Positions 12,785-26,680 of a stretch of DNA of 64,000 nt are shown here, piece by piece. The DNA is taken from NCBI RefSeq assembly GCF_001194135.2, contig NC_068997.1:50232685-50296684 (forward strand), read 5' to 3'. Origin of the DNA: Octopus bimaculoides (taxonomy: Eukaryota). The notes below the pieces were generated by a model. It made no database searches. It was not told where the DNA came from and was given only the letters and a program-made list of their open reading frames with translations. The stretch's first letter is position 1; each line of letters opens with the position of its first letter. The translations under genes were made by a program, and so were the position numbers.

Positions 12785-13084
12785 GCCTATAGTCCAGACG
12801 TTGCTCCATCTGACTACGGTCTCTTCCGATCAATGCAGCACTTTGTGAAAGGTCACTGATTCAAGTCATTCGACGAAGTTGAAGAAGCCTGTCAAGAATT
12901 TCTTGATTCAAAACTGAAGGATTGGTACTTTGACCAAATCCCAAAACTTGCAGATTGTTGGCAGAAGGTCGTGGGAAATGATGGTCTTTATTTTGAAGAA
13001 TAGTTGTTGTTGTTTTTGAATAAATTCTTGCATAAAAAAATCGTTTTTTTAACACAGTGCACAAAATTTTTCTTCAACCTAGTA
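12785..13084 (+). mobile_element. mariner transposase C-terminus and 3' TIR remnant
   Basis: AYSPDVAPSDYGLFRSMQHFVKGH*FKSFDEVEEACQEFLDSK...WQKVVGNDGLYFEE* (stop at 13001-13003) contains the YSPDLAPxD motif. The element ends ...cttcaacctagTA. Confidence 0.9.
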
Positions 13085-14860
13085 ATAGGTTTAAGTATTG
13101 AGTACTCTCGTACCTTTTGGTTGTAACTCTCACATATATATATATACACATATGTGCACTGAATGTTGCTGAGTATAGTAATGGTTTAGAATTTTAAAGA
13201 ATTGGTATTCAGTCTATTCAGGAATAAGTTTTGGTTAGAGAACTTGTGCCCACCCTTCTCAAGATGATACATCAGTGTTATATCTGTTGTCACAATATTT
13301 AGATTCCCTAGTTTGTGTTCCCTGTTTTAGAGATAGCAGGGATGAGTGACATTCAGTTACTGCATTGCTAGGGGAAGCAATTAGATAAAAAAAACTCCAT
13401 CACAAACTTGAATCCCTCTCTTGTCACATTGTCTCCTGGTGACCATCAAAAGAGGTTTTATTCATCCAACCATAAAAACCATGCCAAAGCAGACATTGGA
13501 GCTTGGTGCAATCCTCTGGTTTGCCAGTTCCTTTCGACCCATCCAACCCATACCAGTATGTAAAACAAACATTAAATGACGATAATGAACAGATGATAAC
13601 GAAGTATTTGTTGATGGGGGTCAGTCCGAGAACAGGTTAAAGTATGGTATATCTGGGGTGCAATGCTTAGGGGTTACTTGTGAATAATCATTCAGCTAGC
13701 TCTATGGTGTAAGTGTGCTCAAGGAAAACTGACTGGAGTTAACAATAACAACAGCAGCAGCAGCAGCAGTAATAATAAAAATCAGTATTTACATCATAAT
13801 AATCATTCACACCAGCTAACAACAAAAGCAACAGTTCTGTCTAAGTTGCTTGACTTGCTGCTTATACAGCAGCCATGTTTGTTTGAATGTGTTAAACTGA
13901 AAGGAGATGTTTGTCGAAATGAAGGTCAAGACAGCAATATGAATTTATTAAAGAAAAATAGAACAGATACTGGGAATTGATTGAATGGTATCGGTCAGTT
14001 CTGGTTATGTAATGACTAAGTAAGAGCTTTGACTTGTTTACTTGCTAGATCGTTTGCAGCGATGTGCTATCTCTACATTTTATTGTTTTACTTACGATAC
14101 ATTCTCTGTATCCTTCCGTAGTCAAGCTGGCAAAGGTGGCCAGTAAAATTTGGCTCATCATTTGAAGTAGTAAACGAACACTGAGTAATGGTACAAACTC
14201 ATTCATTTTCTCCACTGATTAAAAGAGAGCTGGCCAAAAACAATCATTAGCTGAACATAATTAATTAATTGAGTTAATTAAAGGTAGTCACTTTTATAAC
14301 TGAAGAAACTCTTGTGTGTTTGCAAATGTATCTGTAATTGTTCAGTTTTTGATCATACAATTGCTTTAAACTGGAATAACAGTTTGAAAAACTCGTATCT
14401 ATGCGTACATATGTACTGGAAAAATTATCATGTGAATGTAATTTATTGAAAGAAAGCCAGTGCTACCCAGTGTTCTGGTACACATTCATATAACTGTAAA
14501 TTCTGGGATCATGTCTTTTGAAGTTAAAACACCTGCTAATTCGTAAACTGGTCACAAACCAGTGAGGGGAACCTATGCATTGTCAACCAACGTTGCTAGA
14601 GATAGCAGTTAAATTTCCCTTAAGTGTTGGAAAAGAAATATGTGATGGATAATATGATCTTAGATTCATTGTACCTAGGAAAAATACTGGCTGGTCATGA
14701 GTGGATTGTCTTTTGATTATAGCTGTCTGAGGCAAAACAACAAAGACGGTCTTGGTAAGAAAGCTCACTAAATAATATGTTTTGGTAGTTAAAAGTACCT
14801 ATTCAGCTGTATTTTTTAATATCCTATCATTTACTCTTCTGAAATCAGCTCCTCAGGTCA

Positions 14861-15170
14861 TTAACCTTTTCATTAGTATATTTCTAGTCAAATACACCTT
14901 TCATTAGTATATTTCTAATGAAATACATCTTTCATTAGTATATTTCTAATGAAATACACAGTCCTTGTATTTCAATTTTGAAAATAATCAAGAATTTGGA
15001 AAGATTTAGTAAAACAACTTCTGTCATTATTAAGATGGTGTTTGGTATATAATTTCTTATCAAGAGGTGCTTGCCATGAAATTATCACAAAAGCTTCAAA
15101 TTTAAATATGAAATCATTATAATTAGGAAATTTACATCATAGACCCAGAGGTACATATGAAAAATATTAA
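14861..15170. mobile_element. TTAA-flanked MITE (piggyBac-type ends) with three 31-bp internal tandem repeats
   Basis: Starts TTAACCTTTT and ends aaaatattaa. The body is homologous to the 17088-17309 copy. The unit ctttcattagtatatttctaatgaaataca(t/c) occurs three times at about 14867-14959. Confidence 0.6.
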
Positions 15171-15918
15171 CATAGTTTTACATTTCTCAGGCTTCTCGAT
15201 GTAAATATTTGTAAGATATGATTGGGTTGTGTAAATGATTCAAAGCTCACTTGGCAACATTGTGGTTTCAGGTTCAGTCCCATTTCACAGTACCTTGGGC
15301 AAGTGTCCACTACAATAGACTCGCACCAGCCAATGCCTTGTGAGTGACAGAAACTGTGTGGAAGCCTACTGTATGTGTGTGTGAGAGTTTGTGTTTGCTC
15401 TCTTCCTTGACAACTGGTGTTGGTCTGCTAACGTCCCTGTAATTAAATGATTCTGTGAAAGAAACCTATAGAATTAGTATCAGACTTTAAAATCAGTACT
15501 GGGGTCAATTTCTTCAACTAACCCCTTTAAGATGTTGCTGTAGCATAGCCACAGTCCAGTGATTGAAACAAGTGAAAGATAAAAGATAAAGGTGTTTCAA
15601 TAGAATGATATGATGTGAATAAATGATAAATGAAAAAATATATTAAGTTGGTAGCAGACTGGACTCTCATGATAGGGATATTTTGATGAGTTTAAGGACA
15701 ATGACTGGAATTGGTCAGCTAGCATTGGAGCAGGGAATACATTGAGAGTAAACAAAGAAGATGTTGGTGTGCTGAGAGGTGAAAGTAATGTGTACCTGAA
15801 GGGAAATTGAAGGAATTGGTTGATCATAACACCCATTGTAGACAAGGGCTGGAGAAACATTGAAAAGTGGTGATTAATCAAACTATTGCATCCCTCAAAG
15901 AAATAGCATGGCATAAAA

Positions 15919-16405
15919 TTAACCCTTTTGATGCCAACCTGCCTGGGACTGCTCCTAGAGCTGTGATACAAGCTCCCTGTTTTAAGGTGATCCAAGTTAA
16001 AAACCTTCCATCAAGATTTCATGGAAATTTATATTCCAAACACCAGCTTAATAGTAACCAAGTTATTTTAATAAATTTTTCATTATTTTCAAAATTAATT
16101 GAAAGAGTATTTCATGAGAAATATGGTAAAGACTGAATTAAGCTAATCTTCAATTCATTGACAAATGCTGAGTTTCAAGCCTTCTTTAACCCTTTTGCTA
16201 TCACTCTGTTTGGGACTGCCTCCTAATTCCTACGATACAAGCGCCTTGTTTTAATGTGATCTAAATTAAAACCATCCATCAAAACATTTCATGCTATGTT
16301 CCAAACACCAGCTTAATAACAACTGTTAATTTAATAAATTCTTCATTATTTCCAAATTAATTAAAACAATCACAGTGTTATTTCAACAAATATATGGTAA
16401 AAAGA
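15919..16405. mobile_element. Two tandem copies of a TTAA-CCCTTT MITE (starting at 15919 and 16186)
   Basis: Both begin TTAACCCTTTTG and share gggactgc...gatacaagc...ttccaaacaccagcttaata...ataaatt..cattatt..aaattaatt. Confidence 0.75.
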
Positions 16406-16749
16406 AAAACCAAAAAAAAACAAGAGTGAAGGAATTATTATTAGAGCTACAGTTGATAAAATATTCAGTATTAGTTACGTAAAGGAAAAGGTTAAAGTTC
16501 TAAAAATAGCTAGCATAGATAGAATGTTTTAGCATCTCTCACTATAAGTTTCAACTTCTATCATTCTCATAAAGATATGATCTACCTAAAGTGGATTAGT
16601 TTCTTAATTGAACAACTCATTCCACCTGTTGGAACATTCACCACTAAATAACTCCAACGCTGCATTATTTTAATACTCGTACTTATTTCTTTTTAATATC
16701 CTGTGTTGCAGTTTTCTCATGGTAACAGTTTTCTTCTCTTTTTTTCTTT

Positions 16750-16787
<38 letters not shown>

Positions 16788-17087
16788 CGCAATTGTTAAT
16801 TTCCTACATTGTGTTCACAAATCCAAATCATTTGTTCATTAAATGATACTATTAATTAGCAGGCAATAAATGTCCAGATCATATGCAGTGTTACAATCAG
16901 AATAACTAAATATTTCTATTTCCATTAACTTTTTGGGGTGGGGAAGGGATATTTTAAGATCGCAGTGGAGGAATTATACCTTATAGGTCAACAATTTCAA
17001 AACTTATCACAATTCATCAGCAACACAGAGTAGAACCAAGGGTATAGTGCAGTTGCTGTAGTAAGATTAGAACTTATCACTACATGA

Positions 17088-17309
17088 TTACCCCTTTGTT
17101 ACCTTACTCCTGTTGAAATACACTGGTTTTGTTTCAATCATTTAAAAATAGTGAAGAATTTATTGAAATAACTTTATCATTACTAAGTATTTGGAATATA
17201 AATTAACATGAAATTTTATTGTAAGGTTTAAATTTCGATCATTTTAAAACTGAGAATTTGTATCTTAGAACCCGGGACAGTATCAGGTGGTTGGTACCAA
17301 AACGGTTAA
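17088..17309. mobile_element. TTAA-type MITE, opposite orientation to the 15919 copy
   Basis: Ends are ttacccctttg...ggtaccaaaacggTTAA. The body is the reverse complement of the 15919 family. Confidence 0.7.
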
Positions 17310-19780
17310 CTTCACATTCATTGTGCTTCATAGAACATTTTACTGAATAATAATTTCTTGTTACTACTGCAAATGGCTTCAGTTTCTCTGGCTTCATGAT
17401 TGATGGTCTGCTGTATTCTACATTATACTTCTCTACTGTACTTTTAATGCTCTCACACACACACACACACACATTTGTAATATAGACAATCACACTAGTC
17501 CTGGTTGGTGAGTTAAAGGTGCAATCTCAGAATCAGCTTCATCAAATGATCTCTCTGCTAAATATCAGGCTGCTGTATGGAAGGGCGGAGGGTGGTGAGA
17601 GGGAAGAAGACTGCCAGCTGATGGTGGAAGCAGTTAGCTACTTATGGTTGTTAAACTAAGCAAGACACTGGGGTGAGCTAATGAGATTATGTGATACCGT
17701 TGCTAAAACAGAGTGTTATGCTACCTGTAAAGATGCCATGTCATAGCATCTTTACAGGTATAGTCATACAATCTCAGCCAAAATGGAGAAATCCAACTGT
17801 TTACTGATTCTCTAGTTTAGGATATATCCTGATTCTTTACTAGAATTATTCTTATTACATTATTCAGGCAGTGAGCCAGCAGCATTGGACAAAATGCTTA
17901 GTGGCATTTTTCTTCCAGCTCCTTCTGTTCTGGTTTCATAACCCGGTACCAAAGTCAACATTGCCCTTCATCCTTTCAGCATGAAAGGCCATATTGATCC
18001 TTTCAGGATCAATAAGATTAAAGGAAACTGATTTGTAACCTTCTGCCAAAGTGAGAAATCATAACTAACACTGTTGTATTACTGAACACTGGGTCTTTGT
18101 ATTTGGTTAGACGAAACTATTGGCATTGGCTTCTGTTAATACATCTCTTAGCCTGTCTTGAACTGCAGTTTTACCTCATGAGATCAGATCAGAAGTTTGT
18201 TTTAGGACAACACATTAGGATTCTAACAGAATGTAAAGAAAATATTGCAATTGAGAGGGGCCGTCCAGCTTGAGCCTTGGAAGTTTAAATAATGTAGGGA
18301 AAATATACTTTGTTGATTCCCTATTGCATTTCTTGCTTAAATACTGTAATGTGATAGTTCTTTATATAGCAACTGAGGGACAATAATGAATGAGGCACTA
18401 TCACATTGCTGAAGGCTGTGTATTTGGTTTTACTTTTGCCATGTTCCATGTTTGAGTGAAAAGTGATCTCTGTCGACTATCTTAACTTGAACGGTATAAG
18501 AAGAGAGTTAAGTTAGTTGGCTTCAAGTAGGAATTGAAACCACATTACAAAGCCTGCTTTGTTGCAACATACCACCAATTTGTTGTGTAGAGATGATAAA
18601 TAGTGAAAATAAACTGTTCTAAAACATTTGTCGATGGCAGGCTAAAGGAGCATTTCTTGCATATTAGCCCCAGGTCAGCCCTGACCTTGCAGGCATGGGT
18701 AGGACAGTTTGACAGGAGATGGTCAGCCAAAGAGCTGCCCAAGTACCAATTGTCTATTTTAGCATAACTTCTATGGTTGGGTGCCCTTCCTAATGCCAAT
18801 CACTTTACAGAATGTCCTGAGTGCTTTTTATGTGCCACCAACACAAATGCTTTTTACATGGCACCAGCATACAAAAATATAGAATATCATGTGGTCAGTG
18901 ATATTCTAGCCATATTCTTTCAGACACATTGTATCCAAAACTACATTATCCACATGTGTCTTTCGTTTTGAAGACATTAATATGAAAATTGTTGCTATTT
19001 CTAGCAAGTAGAAGCTCCTTTGTGGACTTGAAAGGTATCTGGTAGAGATAAACAAGTTTCCCAGTATAAGACATTTAGTGTATCACGGGGAGTATTTGCA
19101 CAATCTATTATTTTGCTGGATATATTAATGATGTGAAATTAAATGATTTACCTGCTTACACACCCAGAATGTCTCAGCTTCACTTTGCACTCATCACTAG
19201 GTGGTCTGATATTACATCGAGTCAGACTTTTTGCCTCTACTTGCACCAAACTTGACTAGGGTGAGCAGGAATCCTAACATGTTCCTTATATGCTCTGTGT
19301 AAGTTGTTAGGTTGTTATTATCACCAAATCAGCATTAATCGGTTAAACGTATGATCTAAAGCTCCCAAACAATGATCATTCAACTTTTTTGTTCTCTCAG
19401 TTATAACATACACCAGGCAACATCAGCAAATGTTCTTCTCAGACCGTAGGGTATGATTTGAAGGAGATCTCTAGCTGGTCAGCTGACTGTACGAAGATTG
19501 ACAGGTATGTTGTGAAATTATAAGTAGAGGTAGGGTGGCTGAGTAAATAAAGAAATTTTTACCTTCTCCTGTAGAAAACAATTTGTATCACTTCTGTTCA
19601 TCTGTCAGGTATAAGTACTAGGTCAGATGATATGAGCATTGGGATATTTATCTTGTATTCACTTCATGCTTTGAAACTGGAGCTAATACAAGTTCTTAGA
19701 AGTTCCTTGAGATTTAGGAAGCATTATATCTTCATTTGTTCATTTGATGTCCATTTTTCCATGCTGGCATGGCTTGGACA

Positions 19781-19925
19781 TGGAGGCGTGTGGCTTAGTG
19801 GTTAGGGTGTCAGCATCATGATCGTAAGATTGTGGTTTCGATTCTTAGACCAGGTGATGTGTTGTGTTCTTGAGCAAGAACACTTCATTTCACGTTGCTC
19901 CAATCCACTCAGCTGTAGAAATGTG
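19781..19925 (+). mobile_element. tRNA-derived SINE family D, 5' part
   Basis: ggaggcgtgtggcttagtggttagggtg...gtttcgattc...gtgttcttgagcaagaacacttcatttcacgttgctcc. Related copies at about 24630-24760 (-), 26345-26680 and 52800-53000. Confidence 0.8.
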
Positions 19926-22215
19926 TTTAGCCTGGAGAGGGATGAGCTCCACTAGGCTTTCTCACCTTAGATACGCTGCATGGCTGCAGCACCCCAACAA
20001 CCCCCAGGGGATTAAGGGACTTGTCTGTGGCTTGGACAGGAATTGAGTTTGAATCAAGATTTGTCTAACTGGATGCTCTTCTTGTCACCAACCCTCACTT
20101 GTTACTCTTGCAAGGTACTTCTTATATTCCAATGTTCAGAGACACCAGTTATATTGTCAACAGGGGATGCCAATATTAGCATCACTAGTGACAAGCAAAA
20201 TATATATTCATTCGCATGCACACACAGTAGGGTTTTATGCAGTTTCTTTCACTCACAAGGCATTGGTCAGCCTAGACCAGTAGAAGAAGACTGGTGCTGC
20301 ACAGCAGAACTGAACCTAAAACCACCAGGTTGCACAGCAAACTTCTTAACCACGCAGCCATGCCTGTATACACATGTATATGTATGTATTTATATATTTA
20401 TGTGAATGTGTTACACTGCTGTTTAATAGTTGGCAATAGTAGTGATTGTCGTTGTTGTTCCTGATTGATGAGAAGTCTCCTCTAACAGCCAGACATTTGT
20501 GCCATCAAATGTTGACCGACAGTTGCCGAAAGCGCCACATGTCAGCAAAAATTGCTCCTATCGCATTGCTTTGGATGTGTGTCTTTATTGTTCCACCGTA
20601 TTAGTAAGAGAGTTTCATCTTGGAGCAATCCCAACACCAACATCTGAAGAAAAGGAGGGAGATAACCAACTCCAGATACAGTTTGCTTCTTCTACTACAA
20701 CGACTACTACTACTACTACTACTACTACTATTAGTACTACTACTACTACTACATCACAGTTCCGTACCGTTTAGTTCTGTCTTCCATTATAAATCCTAGC
20801 AGCAGAGATTACATGTGAAGCAAAGCAAAAAAAAAAACAGAAAGAGGAAAAGGAAAGAAAAAATTAATAAGTAAAAACGTTAATGAAATATTCAATCATG
20901 AGGTAGGAAATACTCTTTTTATGTCGTATGTGTGTTTGGTTATTTTTATTTTTATTTGTTTTACAAGGGTTTCCTTTTATTTTTGTTGTATATCGAATGA
21001 TTGTTCTGTAAAAAAGTATGGATTGTTTCATTCATACATCTCTTAGCAGACTGTGTCGCCAAAGAAGGAAAGAGGCCTTTATTTGATTTAATTTTCTTTT
21101 GTCTTTTTTTCTTTGTTTTGTTTTGTTTTTTGTTTTTTTGCTTCTTCTTATGCATTTTTATTTCTGTCTGTATAGATCGGATGGTTCTGGAAATTCATAT
21201 ATGTATATATTTTTTGTATAGTTGTTTTAGATGCAAATGTACTTAAGACATCTATAGATATACATGGGTGCGTCCCTTACTGAACAGACCTTGTGGGATC
21301 AAAGACAATCCACCCTTGACCAGCTCATACTTCGCTCTCCCCCCTTTCCTCCCCACCAAGACTGCATTATTCAAAATGGCCTTCCTTTTCCGAGACAGCA
21401 GTATTTTTAGCATGAGAAATATATTAATTCACCTGAAATTTTTAGCAAGTCTAGCGATTTCATAGGGGACCCCTTGCTTTCTCAATGACCATCCCCCCAT
21501 CCCCCCGCTTGTTTTATTTTAGTCCTAGACTAGTCCTGATTCAGAAGACCTATGAGCAAACATGTTCCTATCCATGACAATTCCATTTTATTTTTAGACA
21601 AGTGTACGAAGGACTACACTATCCAATGTGACCTTTTTTTAAAATTTCTTTAGACAGCTGGGTGTGGTTTTTGAAGGAGATAGGCTGTTATTTCTAGCAG
21701 ATCAAGCATGAGCGCTTTGTACTGTAGTAATGCCACTACTAATGTCAACCGTGAAGTAGAGATGCGATAGTTATCTGTAGCTTTATTGGGTGGGGGGAGG
21801 AAATTAAATACGATGTCTTTATTTTCCAGGATAATAAAGGAAATAATTGTTTCATCCACACACACACACACCCAACTATAAATGAACCTCAAGTTTTTTT
21901 CTTTTCTTTTCCTGTGTTTCGACTTCCTCAAATATTTCACTGTTTGCATATCTAATCAGTCGGGTATTCAGAGGTATTTGCTCGATGGGTTATCTGGACT
22001 TGAGAGACACAACTGTTCGTAGCTACTAAAGCAGTGCAGTAATACCCCCTAGTCTCTCTTTCTCTCTCTCACTCTCTCTCTCTCTCTCTCTCTCTCCTAC
22101 CTTTTGCCCACTCTTTCCTCTCCTGCCCTCTTCAGTCTTCTCTCTCTGTCTCCTCCCTACCTCTCTCTTCTCTCTCCCTCTCTCTCCTCCCTCCCTCCCT
22201 CTTCTCCCTCCCTCT

Positions 22216-22441
22216 NNNNNNNNNNNNNNNNNNNNNNNNNNNNNNNNNNNNNNNNNNNNNNNNNNNNNNNNNNNNNNNNNNNNNNNNNNNNNNNNNNNNN
22301 NNNNNNNNNNNNNNNNNNNNNNNNNNNNNNNNNNNNNNNNNNNNNNNNNNNNNNNNNNNNNNNNNNNNNNNNNNNNNNNNNNNNNNNNNNNNNNNNNNNN
22401 NNNNNNNNNNNNNNNNNNNNNNNNNNNNNNNNNNNNNNNNN
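22216..22441. other. Assembly gap (others at 27866-27875, 28580-28800, 35053-35154, 41775-42188 and 54194-54203)
   Basis: Runs of N, each flanked by microsatellite or repeat sequence. Confidence 0.99.
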
Positions 22442-23494
22442 CCCTCTATCTCTCCTCTCTTTCTCTTTACTTTTTGTCTCCCCTCTCTCTCTCTCTCAAA
22501 AATCACCTTATGCAGGGGTTCCTAAACTGGGATAAATCTAACACCTCGCCCTAACCACCCAGTGGTAAATTTTATTTACCCAGGTAGCAAATTTGCTGCT
22601 TCTCTTTTTGTAATTATTTATTTTTATCTTTCTTAATATATATTTTTTTAAAATTCAAATTGAGAAAATTTGAAGTCAGCCTATTTTCTAAAAAAAAACT
22701 ATACAAATCCTTTTTCTTTCCACCACTTCTGATTTAATGACCTATCTTGGGTATACTTCTTAATTACTATGCTGCTAATGAAGTTATCTAATTCAAAAGA
22801 TGACCAGATTTAGTTCTGGTATCTCTTCATCATTAGTTCATAAATAGGTGCAAGCGTAGCTGTGTGCTAAGTAGTTTGCATCCCAACCACATGGTTCTGG
22901 GTTCAGTCCCATTGTGTGCCATCTTGAGCACATGTCTTCTGTAACTTTGGGCCGACTAAAGCCTTATGAGTAGATTTGGTAGACAGTAACTGAAAGATGC
23001 CTCTCGTATAGATAAATGTGTGTGTGTGTATTTACATCCCTGTAACTTAGCAGTTCAACAAGAGAGACCAATAGAATATGTACCAGGCTTTAAAAAAAAT
23101 AAGTACTGAAGTCGATTTATTTGACTAAAATTCTTCAAGTCAGTGCCCCAGCATGGCCGCAGTCTAATGACTGAAACAAGTAAAAGATAAAAAGTAAATG
23201 GATTAACATTGGTTTGTGCAATATTTTTGTTAGTTTATTTGAACTGAATAATAATAGGGTTATACCTTTCTATTTTTGGCACAAGTCCAGCAATTTTGAG
23301 GAGTTGGGGAAATCTATGGTACTTGTGTTACTGACCCTGAAAAGATGAAAAGTAAAGTTGACCTCAGTAGTGTTTATATTCAGAATATAAAGAGCTGAAA
23401 TAAATACCACTTAGAATTTTGTACTTTGTGCTAAAAATTCTGCCAGGTTGCTGCCTTCAAATGATGATAATAATAATAATAATAATAATGATAA

Positions 23495-23660
23495 CAAGAG
23501 CACTCAGAGAGCGCAAACCTCTGCCAACATCTTCTCAACGATTAGCCAGAGATAGTTTTTAAAATGAGAATATCTGAAATAAACTCGACTGCTCGCACAA
23601 ACCAGAATACTAAAAATGAACCTGACTGCTCTCGAAAATTAAGTAAAAAAACAGGGAAGA
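23495..23660 (+). mobile_element. Left part of an interspersed repeat beginning aacaagagcactcagagagcgcaaacctc (possibly a non-autonomous Helentron/HINE-like element)
   Basis: Recognised from memory as an abundant octopus repeat head. It carries internal direct repeats (actcgactgctc / cctgactgctc). The class is an inference. Confidence 0.4.
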
Positions 23661-26344
23661 TGATTGCAAGAGGAAAAGAGAAGAATGTGCAACAAAAGTC
23701 TACGAGTGGAAAGGAAGGAGGGTCACTTGCTCCAAAATGACAGAAAGTAAATTAGTGCAAAGTGTGACAACAATAATGGTGACCATGTTAGTGCCGAGGA
23801 TTTGAAGTAAGAGGTTTACTGTGCTCCATTTTCAGGAGATTCTAGAGCAGATACAAAGGCAGGATGAATGAAGTCTGGTTGCTGTGTGACCTTTGTGATG
23901 ATTGCCCTAACTGTATTCCAAAAGAAAAGAGGTTTAACTAAGAGTTCTTCTGTGAGAAGTGTACAGCTTGATCTGGACTCCACGTGCCAAATAGAGGACT
24001 TTTTCATGATTAATTTAACCTTCAAAGTGACTGTTGTTGTGTAAAAAAGATTTTGTTTTTGTTTTTTTTTTTAAATCTAATGAAGATTGAGTCTATTTAA
24101 TTTTGAATGTCTCTCATATGTTTCTTTATTGACTGCTTTCTAGCTATCGAGATAGATACGGAGAAATGCTCGGCGGTATTTCGTGTGTCATTACATTCTG
24201 AGTTCAAATTCTGCCGAGGTCAACTTTGCCTTTCATTCTTTCCGGGTCGATAAATTAAGTACCAGTTATGCACTGGGGTTGATGTAATCAACTTAATCCT
24301 TTTGCTTGTCCCCTTTGTGTTTAGCCCCTGTTGTTAATAAAGGAATATGTGTGTGTGTGTGTGTGTGTATAGTCTGATGGACCTTTGGCAGGTCCTGTGC
24401 TTGTTAACCTTCTCCAACACTCTCTATACGATCTAGGAGGACCCATACCCTCCCCTGCCACCATTAAGTAGACAACTGGAACTATGGCCATCCATGACTG
24501 GATTTGGGATTAATACTGGAGTGGTTTCCCATTGCTTTCTCCAGGCAAGCCGGATTTGAACTGAGAATGTTGAGAACCAGAAGATATATTGTAAAACATT
24601 TCTGCCAGTGTGCCAACAATTCTGGCACTCTCCCACCCACTAGAGCAACATGAAACGAAGTGTTTTGCTCAAAAACACAGCACACCACTACCAGGAAGCA
24701 TGGGAATTGAACCCATGATCTAGTAAGCGCCTGTACAACACCCTAACCACTCGGCGGTAGCTTTTACACACATACCTACACACACACACACTCACTTACC
24801 CAAGGTACTGCACATTGGGACTAAATTCAAGACCCTATAGTTGGGAAGCCAACTTCTTGCAATACAGTCATGCCTTAAATGAATATATCACTTATTTACT
24901 TTATATCACAGTCTGTAAACAACATCATTGGTTATACAGATTTCAAGTCAACCAATCATATGTCTAATGTAATGTGGGACAAATATCTCAAAAGACTTTG
25001 TAAAACACCTTTGTTTTTTTTTAGTGAGGGGTGGTCTTGTCAATGTTTATAATCTACCCCAATATATGACAGGTCCTTCCCCAGTTTTATCATTTAATGT
25101 CCATGTTCCCTGCTGGCATGAGTTGGATAACTTGATAGCATCTGATGAACCCAAGGACTGAATCATGCTCCAGTGTCTGTTTGGCATGAGTTTTCCAGGT
25201 CAATGCCCTTCTAATGCCAGCTGCCAACCACTTTACAGCATGTACTGAGTGAAATTTTGTGTGTTTGTTTTTTTTTTGTTTTTCTCATGACACCAGCATT
25301 AGTAAGATTGCCATGCAGCTTGCAAGACTACAAACCTCGAGGGAGGTGGGGTAAACTTTATGCAAGGAGATGAGGAGTAGAGAGGATTAAAGTACAAAAG
25401 CAAATGAGCCAGAGTAGAACAGTATTTATCACATTAGGGCTATGGTCGAATATACTTACCCGATGTGCCACACAGTGGAATCAAACTCAGAACAAGCAAA
25501 CTTGACCACAGCTACCACCAAGAAATTCAGTTAGTTAAATCCTCTCATCATGCAACATGACTGCAGTTAGGCCCTGCTTCATTCGGCAGGACTTTGAACA
25601 CTTAAAGAATAACAAAAAATAAAATGATTATAATAACTGCAAGGTATGTTAGATTACTAGAAAGCAAAGAATTATCTAATGCTGTGGATAAAAAACAGAT
25701 GATAGTCTTTAAAAGGATAATTAATTAAGATGGTGGGAGGTAGCAGAAGTAAGGGGAAGAGGAAAAGGTGAACAATATTTGCGGCATTGTTGTCATAGTT
25801 CAGTGACCAAAGTTAGCCATAGTTTATTGAATGAGTTGGCACCGTTCCCAGGCCAGCTGGGGATTTCTTCTTGAATGGTATTTGCCTGAAATAAAACGTT
25901 GCCAACATACACAGCATTTCTCGACTTCAGGCTGACAACTGTACACACAAAGATGTTGCGAGGGCTGCTGATTTAACCAGATGTGACAGTGTTTTTGTTT
26001 TAGTTTTTATTAATGTTAAGGCCAAAGATATCTTGTAAGGAAGAGAACGAAACATTCCATCAGGACTTGCTTATCCAGTTCTGTATCGCTGATCAAACCA
26101 ACTTGAAATCCAATACACACAGAAACAAAATCACAGATGAGTGAAATGTATCAAGACTGCAGTGTAGTGTAAGTAAGTAAAGCTCTCGAAGTGGGTCAGA
26201 AGAAAGAAAAGCAATTTTATCACTTGAGTCATTGAACTGCAGCCATGCTGGGGCACCACCTCGAAGGGTTTAAGTCAAACAAATCAACCCCAGGATTTAC
26301 TTTTTTTTTTTTAAGTCTTGTGAGTATTCTATTGGTCTCTTTTG

Positions 26345-26680
26345 CTGAGAAGTCACATGGTTCAGTGGTTAGAGTGTTGGGCTTACAATTGCGAGGCTGT
26401 GAGTTCAATTCTCAAAGCAGGCTGTATGTTGTGTTCTTGAGCAAGACACTTTATTTCACGTTGTTCCAGTTCACTCAGCTGTAGAAATAAGTTGTGACAT
26501 CATTGGTGCCAAACTGTATCAGCCTTTGCCTTTCCCTTGGATAATATCGGTGGCATGAAGGGGGGGGGCTGATATGCATGGGCAACTGCTGGTCTTCCAC
26601 AAACAACCTTGCCTGAACTTGAGCCTTGGAGGGGAACTTTCTAGATGCAATCCCATGGTCATTCATACCAAAGGGGCTCT
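26345..26680 (+). mobile_element. SINE family D with an RTE 5'UTR-like middle body
   Basis: A tRNA-like head is followed by ggtgccaaactgtatcagcc...gcatgggcaac, which aligns with 56090-56170. Confidence 0.75.

Noticed and set aside
15655-15850. Possible Tx1/L1-type 3' coding remnant
   Set aside because: The resemblance is too weak to support without an alignment.
16990-17025. Minus-strand CUGAUGA...GAAA near 17020
   Set aside because: No stem II, and stem I would start with a G-G mismatch.
25136-25170. AGCAU-CUGAUGA...GAAUC-AUGCU hammerhead look-alike
   Set aside because: There is no GAAA, no stem III and no UH site, and it lies within the reverse complement of the common RTE-tail repeat.
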